DNA of 25,697 nucleotides, taken from positions 1 to 25,697 of the forward strand of contig RFVA01000033.1 of the NCBI GenBank assembly GCA_009922685.1, read 5' to 3'. Source of the stretch: Gammaproteobacteria bacterium (lineage in GTDB: Bacteria; Pseudomonadota; Gammaproteobacteria; Methylococcales; Methylococcaceae). The translations under genes were made by a program, and so were the position numbers. Shown piece after piece: positions 17,921-24,826 of this stretch. Position 1 is the stretch's first letter; each line of letters begins with the position of its first letter. The notes under the pieces were generated by a model. It made no database searches. It was not told the DNA's origin and saw only the letters and a program-made list of their open reading frames with translations.

Positions 17921-17972
17921 AACGTCAAAACTTTTTACGTTGCCCCACATGCCATTACTCAATTTAAGTAAT
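17921..17972. repeat. hairpin-repeat pair X2 (17921-17941) + Y2 (17954-17972)
   Basis: X2 is AACGTCAAAACTTTTTACGTT, which equals X1 apart from one extra T. Y2 is ATTACTcaatttaAGTAAT, matching Y1 at 17/19. The order is mirrored relative to Y1-X1. Confidence 0.6.
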
Positions 17973-18004
17973 AGACCCAGCATTCACTGTAGCTATGCCC
18001 CTCA

Positions 18005-18334
18005 TCACCGCAGGGCTTGGCTGTTTTGAGTAGCGACTTTCTGGCTGATTTGCACGTCACCCGAACCAAAACCGCTGATAGGCTTGGGCTGGACTGGTTG
18101 ATTTTGCTGGGGTTGAGGCTGTTGTACAGGGGTGACTGAGTTTGGTTTAGGCATTGGAACAGGCTGGACAGGAACCGTTGACTGTCTTGTCGCCCGTTTC
18201 GTTTTTGCCTTTCGCTGCTTGGCTGCTTTTGCCTGCTGTTTTGCCTGAATCGCTATCGATGTCCAGACCTTATCGCTAATCAGTTTCCATAAAGCCATCT
18301 GTTCTTCAGCTGACGCAAATTCCACAAGGCGCAT
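18005..18334 (-). CDS. hypothetical protein with a Lys-rich then Pro/Gln-rich low-complexity region
   Basis: 109-codon ORF downstream of the two coupled ORFs. No motif recognised. Confidence 0.45.
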   Translation of the reverse strand: MRLVEFASAEEQMALWKLISDKVWTSIAIQAKQQAKAAKQRKAKTKRATRQSTVPVQPVPMPKPNSVTPVQQPQPQQNQPVQPKPISGFGSGDVQISQKVATQNSQALR

Positions 18335-18432
18335 AAATCAAACATCTCCTGCTCATCCCTGATATTTACGCGCCCTGCCTGATTTTCGATGTTAAACCCT
18401 GAAAACCTGAAGTTAAGGTTTTTGATTCTGGC

Positions 18433-18594
18433 TTACTGCACTGGATATGGCCCGAACACGATTCTGCCTCCGGGCCCCGCCATCGACTGCGCCAGTGCTG
18501 TTGCCTGTATCGCATTGTCGGCATAAACGAAGGTGTGGACCATGCTCCTGCTGCCGTTGTTGATAATTTCAAGTCTCACGGTATATCTGTTCAT
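18433..18594 (-). CDS. 53-aa hypothetical protein (below the ORF-track cutoff)
   Basis: MNRYTVRLEIINNGSRSMVHTFVYADNAIQATALAQSMAGPGGRIVFGPYPVQ. Its ATG overlaps the TGA of the upstream gene (TGATG), which suggests translational coupling. Confidence 0.4.
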   Translation of the reverse strand: MNRYTVRLEIINNGSRSMVHTFVYADNAIQATALAQSMAGPGGRIVFGPYPVQ

Positions 18595-19040
18595 CATGCC
18601 CCCTTCTTGAAGCCAGATCGAAGTGCACCCGATGCCTTTTCGATTTCAGCATCCAGTTCACCTGCCAGTACCGCATTCTTTACCGTGGTCAATGCTTCGA
18701 TCAGGGCATTCAGGTCGGCCACTTCAACAGCGTTCTTGCCCTTGCCGAGCTCAATCACCTTGCTGCCATAGCGCACATGAAAGCAGTAGCCCCCAGTAGC
18801 ACTGATCCAGAACCAAGGCCTTACTCGCTTAAATGTTTCGACTTGTACCTTCTGTCCGGTTGCTGGGTTTGTGGTTGACTTGATGATACGAGGAGTAAAG
18901 TTGGCGCCAGACTGTTTTGCCCTTGCCATGTCGATCTGCTCGTCCAGTTTTGACGCCAGTTTATTGCGCTGTCGCTGGACTCCGTTAACACGTGGCGCTT
19001 GGCTTGCGGTGACCAGTTTCAGTGTGTTCAAAATGCTCAT
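18594..19040 (-). CDS. conserved-looking hypothetical protein (148 aa)
   Basis: I prefer the start MSILNTLKLV at 19040, with GAGGA about 7 nt upstream. The longer ORF-track N-terminus is Cys/Ser-rich junk. The sequence resembles island or plasmid-borne proteins I cannot name with confidence. Confidence 0.6.
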   Translation of the reverse strand: MSILNTLKLVTASQAPRVNGVQRQRNKLASKLDEQIDMARAKQSGANFTPRIIKSTTNPATGQKVQVETFKRVRPWFWISATGGYCFHVRYGSKVIELGKGKNAVEVADLNALIEALTTVKNAVLAGELDAEIEKASGALRSGFKKGA

Positions 19041-20247
19041 TGCTCGTCCTCGGTCTTGTTGAATGAGCCACGAGCGTATTGTCGGATTCGGGATCTGGAC
19101 AACCGAAATCTGCCAGCACCCTGCCCCTAATCCGTCAACAGAACCACATTTGCCAGCACTGATCTGCGGTTCGGCTAAATAAAAATGAAGGCACTTAAAG
19201 GCAACACAACTCCCCACACAGCAAGACGAAAAGCATGATGCGGGCATGTTGGACAGGCACTACAGACTGTTGATGTCCCGGGCTTGCGGGTTTAATCAAG
19301 CGGGTAACAATAAAAGCACTCCACGCAGCAGACGGAGGAGGACACCCAGCGACAACAGCGCACCTGCAGCTTCTACCCCTTCACCGGGATGCTGATCCGA
19401 TATGCCTATATACAACGGATTTAGCTGCAGTAGAAAAACATTAAGGCTAAATGATCGGGACATTGCCATGACCGGCGCAATGCGTTCCCGAGCTTTCCTG
19501 CATGCGACAGCTTGTATGCAAGAAAGTACCGCTGGGTCGGGGTGCAAGCTCCGAGGATGACAGCAACGCGAGGTACCGCCCAACCGCCTCTGGATCGTTG
19601 TAAAGCTGAATGCGAAGGGGACTCACAGAAAGTCTTTTTTTACTTCCTCCGATTGCGGGGAAGTAATGTCTCAAGGATCTACAGAAAGATAAACAAATCC
19701 ATTCAGCATCATTCACCTTCAGACAGCGAATGAATTTTATGAAAAGAACATCATGCTTGAGCTTTGTGAGTGATGAGAGCGACAGCGAGCAGCATCGAAC
19801 AAAGTGAAAAGCTAGCAGAGTTGAGCGCAGCGAGACTCCGCTCATATATGCCCTGTCAGCCTTGAGACAAATGAAATGCTCTGGCACTAGGTTCAGGGTG
19901 TCGAAGGCGGACCGGTCCTTCCTATTCATATCGACTTGGTTTCATGATCGAACGCTGAGCGATTCCTCTTCTTCTCGCATCAACTACTCCTTTATCCCGA
20001 AGGAGATCACGAAGCAAGGGGTACCGAAACAAAATCACCAGCCCGACTTGATAAGTAGCTGACTGCAATTTTATACGCGGGCTATTTTTTCCCAGCAGGA
20101 CCCACTTCGGGCGGCGCAGCACAAGACGCTACAGCAGACGATCTCGATTTCGGGCTGGTGCATGTAGCGAGTCGAGGGAATCCAGACGCTGCTGACGCTG
20201 ACTGAACTTGTTGCTTGAGCAAACTCTTGAACACCCAGATTTCGATG

Positions 20248-20294
20248 CTGCAGGGCTAAATACGATCACTGCAGGAAATGTAAAAACCCTGCAG
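20248..20294. promoter_or_regulatory. three helically phased CTGCAG(G) repeats upstream of the recombinase gene
   Basis: CTGCAG occurs at 20248, 20269 and 20289 (spacing 21 and 20 bp), 120-165 bp upstream of the ATG at 20415. Confidence 0.4.
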
Positions 20295-20414
20295 TGCCAG
20301 CGACTCAGCGTTCAATTTCATGGGGTTACGCAATTCTCATTTTCGGTTGTCCTCACAAGACCGTAGAAATTACGCTGTAAGTCGCTTTTTTATGCGGTAC
20401 AGGAGGATTTAACG

Positions 20415-20987
20415 ATGAAGAAAGCACGGATTTTGAGCAAGCAGGAGTTGAGGCGCGTACTGGACCACATTGCCACCCGCCCCCATTCTGCAAGAAACAG
20501 GGCTTTGATTTGCACGATGCGTTATGCAGGACTCAGGGCATGTGAAGCCGCTTCTCTCAAAATGAAAGATGTGCTCGATGCCCAGGGCGAAATCAAAATC
20601 GAAATCTACCTAACAGCCCAACAAACCAAGGGCAAATCAGGCAGATCCGTGCTCATCAATTCCAAATTATCTAAAGAGCTATCGACTTACTTGCAGGGCA
20701 TGACGATCATCAGTCCCGAGCAAAGCCTGTGGCCCACCCAGAAAAATTCGATTCGCGGTTTCACTGCTAACGGCATTTCTGGATTTTTCTGTCGATTATT
20801 TAAGGAGGTGGGTCTCGAGGGCGTTTCAAGTCACGGTTTCAGGCGCGAATTCATCACCACGCTCGCCAACCACTCCATCGGCATCCACACCATCATGTCA
20901 CTTTCAGGGCATCGTCGGCTTTCATCGGTTCAGGAGTACCTAAGCGTGACTGACGAGCAGAAGCGACGGGCCGTGGAGATGCTTTAA
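20415..20987 (+). CDS. small tyrosine recombinase, catalytic domain only (FimB/FimE-like size and layout)
   Basis: 190 aa. R in AGLRACE, HxxR in SSHGFRREF, GH in LSGHRRL, Y in VQEYL. The N-terminus ILSKQELRRVLDHIATRPHSARNRALICTMRYAGLRACE parallels FimB FLTHSEIESLLKAA..HAARNYCLTLLCFIHGFRASE. AGGAGG lies 8 nt upstream. Confidence 0.85.
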   Translation: MKKARILSKQELRRVLDHIATRPHSARNRALICTMRYAGLRACEAASLKMKDVLDAQGEIKIEIYLTAQQTKGKSGRSVLINSKLSKELSTYLQGMTIISPEQSLWPTQKNSIRGFTANGISGFFCRLFKEVGLEGVSSHGFRREFITTLANHSIGIHTIMSLSGHRRLSSVQEYLSVTDEQKRRAVEML

Positions 20988-21008
20988 AAACCTGAACTTC
21001 AGGAAAGC
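20986..21008 (+). repeat. site A: AAAAACCT-GAACTTC-AGGAAAGC (perfect left arm only)
   Basis: Lies between the convergent stops of the recombinase gene (20987) and the 151-aa gene (21015). Confidence 0.7.
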
Positions 21009-21014
21009 TCAAAT

Positions 21015-21470
21015 TCAAATCAGTTCACACTTCCATTTCGTTTGATCGTTGCCTAACCCATCCCAGTTGGCAGATGCGACCCAGTAATCCGTGGGCAGCA
21101 CATCAATGTAAAACTGAAACCAATCACTATCGCCCCCAGCCAACGAAATGAAATGCGGAAGGCTGATGGAAAAAACCAAACCCTCATTATCACGCTGAAA
21201 GTGGTAGAGGTGCAGAGTGAAGCCCTTAGACTTCAGGTGCTCATTGATCTCTTCATGGAACTTTTGTACATCCGCGTTTTGAAACCAGTACGGGTCCGTA
21301 GGTAAATCTTCTGGACCACTAAAAAACGGAAATTGGGCTGCTGGGCCTTCTTGGGCTTTTTTCCAAAAAATGAAGTCTCTGACTGCCGCACGGATTTCAG
21401 CAATCAGCGTGTCGAACACTTGCCGCTCAATGAACATCGTGGACGCATCATCGTTCAAGTAGCTTGTCAT
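21015..21470 (-). CDS. hypothetical protein (151 aa)
   Basis: Clean ORF with balanced composition. No motif recognised. It is flanked by sites A and B. Confidence 0.6.
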   Translation of the reverse strand: MTSYLNDDASTMFIERQVFDTLIAEIRAAVRDFIFWKKAQEGPAAQFPFFSGPEDLPTDPYWFQNADVQKFHEEINEHLKSKGFTLHLYHFQRDNEGLVFSISLPHFISLAGGDSDWFQFYIDVLPTDYWVASANWDGLGNDQTKWKCELI

Positions 21471-21491
21471 GGCCCGTTATAACTTGAACTT

Positions 21492-21514
21492 GAATTACTG
21501 AACTTCAGGTTTTT
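21492..21514 (+). repeat. site B: GAATTACT-GAACTTC-AGGTTTTT (perfect right arm only)
   Basis: Lies between the stop of the TGT-like gene (21524) and the start of the 151-aa gene (21470). Confidence 0.7.
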
Positions 21515-21523
21515 GATTTTGGA

Positions 21524-22909
21524 TTACGGATTCGGCTCATCGGCATCATCGAATTCCAAATCCATATCCACTTCCGGGTCATTGATAGCAGCCGGTGCAA
21601 CTTGATCGAAAAGTGACTGGTATGCGTCAATCCTGTCCATCGGATTTTGAGCAGCAAACACATCCGCTATGGCATCCAATGTTGCCTCGAATTGTTCAGG
21701 GATATTTCGAATTGGTCCGAAGGCATCCTCATTTGCCCGCCTCATAGCATCAAGATAAACCCATGCATTGTGGTTCATGAGCATCATGTTGCTGAGTGAA
21801 TCTAGCCTGTGCTTTTCAAACTCGTCATCACGACAAACGAGATGATGCATTTCGAGCATTTTGCCCAGTGGCGATGACGGCTCTGGGAAGAGCTGGGGAT
21901 TATTTTGATCTGCATAATTCGAAGTCTGCTTAAGCGTCACCAACTTGATCGCCCAATCTTTTCTGTCATAACCCAGAGCCGGGGACACAGCATATTGATC
22001 GTGTCGTCCCCCACATTTAAACGGGGTTGCGCTATCGTAGGTGATTTGAATTCCCGGGTTTACGCTTCGTAGTTCACGCTGAATTGCTGTCAGGAAAATC
22101 GCCCACTTTGTTTGCGACATGCCCAGCACATGCAAAACATCCTGCCCCAGATCAAATGCATTGTCGTCACGCATCATCACCAAAGTCCGCAGCATGTCAG
22201 CTAAACCACCGAGCCAGCCTGCAGTTCCTGCCAGACTCCAACCGCCATCACGAAACCAGTTCACAGCCTGCCACCAACGCTGCGTATTGCTCCAGTTGCT
22301 ACCTTGAACAACATTGAGCCAGCGAGTGTGCCCCTTCTTTATTTTTTGGATGAGCTGTAAGTTGCGGACTGTCATGTCCGTAAGCTGTTGCTCAGTGCAG
22401 TTGTGGAACGGTGATTTCGCCCCCCTGTTCGTCATCGCCCACAACGGCATATCGAGAGTCATCGCGTAATCTGCGTAACGATCCAGCCACTCGATAATCC
22501 AACGCTTTGCATCGTAGCTACCCTCCCAAGCACTTACAGCAGCGATCCCATGCATGCCCTCGAAGAACTCATAGCTCAAACCGCTCAGCGTACCTTTGCC
22601 GATTTGAAATCCGCCCGAATCACCAAGGAAAAATGATGTGTTAGGCGCCCGGCGGAACAGTGGCCCTCGCGTATCTTTGCCTACCGTGTAGCAACCGATT
22701 GAATGCAGGTAGTAGGGATAGTTCCACAATGCACTTTGCCCGGACCAGAATGCCAAATCCGCTATCGTGAAACCCTGCGGAACAGCACGCCCAACATCAA
22801 GCTGTCTATCAGTAAACGGCGCATAGGTTTCGTTGATTGCCGGGAGATAGATCGAGTAGTCGCCCGGGAAAGTGACATTGAAATCGTTGGTGTAGTTGAG
22901 TTGGATCAT
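21524..22909 (-). CDS. tRNA-guanine transglycosylase superfamily protein, DpdA-like (461 aa from MIQLNY)
   Basis: Ordered TGT motifs, numbered from M at 22909: FLGDSGGFQ (D97), MTLDMP (D153), VVQG (Q202), HVLGMS (~260-265) and TYDSATP (D292). Compare Z. mobilis TGT D102, D156, Q203, LMGVG ~260 and D280. AAGGGG lies 5 nt upstream of the ATG at 22909, which is 5 nt after the upstream stop. Confidence 0.8.
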   Translation of the reverse strand: MIQLNYTNDFNVTFPGDYSIYLPAINETYAPFTDRQLDVGRAVPQGFTIADLAFWSGQSALWNYPYYLHSIGCYTVGKDTRGPLFRRAPNTSFFLGDSGGFQIGKGTLSGLSYEFFEGMHGIAAVSAWEGSYDAKRWIIEWLDRYADYAMTLDMPLWAMTNRGAKSPFHNCTEQQLTDMTVRNLQLIQKIKKGHTRWLNVVQGSNWSNTQRWWQAVNWFRDGGWSLAGTAGWLGGLADMLRTLVMMRDDNAFDLGQDVLHVLGMSQTKWAIFLTAIQRELRSVNPGIQITYDSATPFKCGGRHDQYAVSPALGYDRKDWAIKLVTLKQTSNYADQNNPQLFPEPSSPLGKMLEMHHLVCRDDEFEKHRLDSLSNMMLMNHNAWVYLDAMRRANEDAFGPIRNIPEQFEATLDAIADVFAAQNPMDRIDAYQSLFDQVAPAAINDPEVDMDLEFDDADEPNP

Positions 22910-22914
22910 GCCCC

Positions 22915-24656
22915 TTACCTCAGCTCTTCGATTCTTTTCTCCAACGTCATCCAATCAAGGTCGTTAAGTTCAAAAGCTGGATCATCGTCGGGGTCTTGCG
23001 AAGGAAGCGGATCGATCGTTGTCATGGGGCTGTAGGGCTGGAAGTTCTCAAAGTTACGCTTGCCTTTCTCGTTACACGCAGGAATCCAACAATCGTAATT
23101 CGCTGCAGCAGTTTCAAAACGTAGATACACAGCATGGTTAGATACGGCGATAAACATGTCTCCCTGCAAGTTCAGTTCAGCAATCTGTGCGAGGACAAAG
23201 ATGAAGTCCCGAGGCAGCACATAAATCTCGTGGATGCTGTCGCTGCTATTTCCAGCGTAGGCACCTGTGAGCAGATTGAACTCCTTGTAGCTTTCAAACT
23301 GCGAACCCGAGAACTCCCAGACAACAGTCAACACATTTCCTGAAAACCTTAACTTCAGGATTTTGTGTTCTGGACGCTTATGCTTTGGACCGAAACTTTT
23401 GATCCACGGCTGCAACATACGACCGTTTATTTCGCGTAAACCGCCAAGGTCCACGGTGCCCTGCCATGCTGAGCTAAATGAATTAGGCTTAAAGTCCACT
23501 TGCCACCGAGGGGCACCAAATGACTCGTAGAACGGAATCAAACTGAGTGGTGGATGATTGTAGTTGCTGATGTGAGCTTCAAGATTTGCATCCCAAGATT
23601 CCGTGTACAGATCCAGGGGCAGCTTATTCTTCAGCCTTACGGTGTGAGCTGCGATAAAGCCTTCAGGAACATCTCGGAAAACAGACTTATCGGGTGTCTT
23701 ATAGAGATTGAATCGCCGCGCATTAAGCAGCTTGGTTTCGATCGATTGCCGGGTGCTTGTCTGCAGAAAAACGTCACCATCGTCTCGATTGATGATTTGG
23801 CTTTTGGGTTTAGCATGGATAACAACCGATGACTCCACGCCTGTATGACTCAATAAAAAACTCTGCTGCTCCGGACGATAAATGAGTCGACGATGTGAGG
23901 GTTCCTTAGCGTTTTTCTTGTCCGAAAACTCATCGCTAATCCTGCTCAGCTCCTTAAAGCGGGCTTCATCTTTTGCAATGACATAAGGGATATTGAGGAT
24001 GTGGAGAGGCTCAAGAACAGCACGGACAGTCAATGGCAAAGCATCCAGATTTGTCATGTAGCTTTCCACACTCAAACTACTGATGAGCTTTGGATCTGCG
24101 CTGCTGCCGAGACAAACAACGCCCGATTCATCACGTTTAACAAGGACTACGCTGAAACCGCTTCTATCCAGAGTTGCGGGAAGTGAGCTTGGAATTGACG
24201 GAAAAGCAGCATTGCTGAAAAAGCTTTCGTACCCCTCCTTGAAGAGCGGCCTGAACTCGATGTCGTCAAGCTCAAAAAGCCCAACCTCAACATCATCGTC
24301 ACTATCCAAGTCAGGCAAGCTCCACTTCTCCCTGACACCAGTTTTGCCGAAGTGCTGGACCAAATATCCAGATCGCTGTTCGTGATTTCGTTGCGACTTA
24401 CGAGCTTTAGCACAGGGCGGAAATTGATACTGCGGAGGCTGTAGAAGATGATGTGATTTTGCTCGAAAACCGTGGGCAAATAGCTGGGATCGGACGACAC
24501 CTCCCGCCACCACATGTACACCCGCGCCCACAACTTTGACTCAGCCTCACGAGTCAGTCGTTTGAACGCATTTATCGTCTCGTAGCTGGACTGCAACTTT
24601 TCCAGCGTTTCCGTTTTGGGGGCTTCGGTTTCGGTTTGAGCTTCTGGATTAGACAT
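22915..24656 (-). pseudogene. large hypothetical protein (~580 aa if repaired), reading frame broken near 24340-24370; first gene of the TGT-like module
   Basis: The frame from the ATG at 24656 looks protein-like up to ...SRNEITNSDLDIW and then turns to Ser/Arg junk. The other frame is junk until ...YLVQHFGKTGVREKW and then stays protein-like to the stop at 22915. The C-terminal tail is acidic. Confidence 0.55.
23342..23364 (+). repeat. site C: GAAAACCT-TAACTTC-AGGATTTT (both arms 7/8), inside the large CDS
   Basis: Encodes KILKLRFSG in frame on the minus strand. Confidence 0.55.
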
Positions 24657-24679
24657 AAAAAGCTGAAGTTCAGGTTTTA
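24657..24679 (-). repeat. site D: AAAAAGCT-GAAGTTC-AGGTTTTA (the only copy with an inverted spacer)
   Basis: Starts 1 nt upstream of the ATG at 24656. Positions 24657-24678 are the exact reverse complement of 24828-24849. Confidence 0.75.
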
Positions 24680-24826
24680 CTCAGAACGAAAGCTATCACA
24701 CCCATCCAAGCAGCCGAATCATCATAATTAATGACGAAATCCCGGATAGAAGCAGGGTGCAGCAGTCAGATCGAAACGCAGCTAGGCGACGGTGCCTTTC
24801 TGATTGGCTTTTCGGTTTGGACTTTG

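Noticed and set aside
17094-17983. ORFs 17094..17309 (-), 17618..17842 (+) and 17801..17983 (-).
   Set aside because: They overlap the better-supported sulfotransferase-like frame or the X2/Y2 repeats, and they have no SD and no motifs.
18366-18572. 68-aa ORF on the minus strand.
   Set aside because: It has improbable composition (Trp/Arg/Ser-rich) and no SD. The same DNA is better explained by the 53-codon ORF that is start/stop-coupled to the upstream gene.
19296-20122. ORFs 19296..19583, 19447..19929, 19512..19733, 19862..20062 and 19922..20122 in the long intergenic region.
   Set aside because: They overlap one another, have Cys/Ser/Leu/Arg-rich junk composition, and lack ribosome-binding sites. 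I treat the region as non-coding or decayed instead.
24330-24380. Programmed -1 ribosomal frameshifting in the large gene.
   Set aside because: There is no X-XXY-YYZ slippery heptamer and no obvious downstream stimulatory structure at the frame junction. A mutation or a sequencing indel is more parsimonious.
22084-24385. Plus-strand ORFs inside the TGT-like and large-protein genes: 22084..22317, 22119..22307, 22703..23035, 23134..23343, 23554..23832, 24001..24186 and 24083..24385. Also the minus-strand 23637..23825.
   Set aside because: These are antisense or alternative-frame shadows of genes with strong motif or compositional support.
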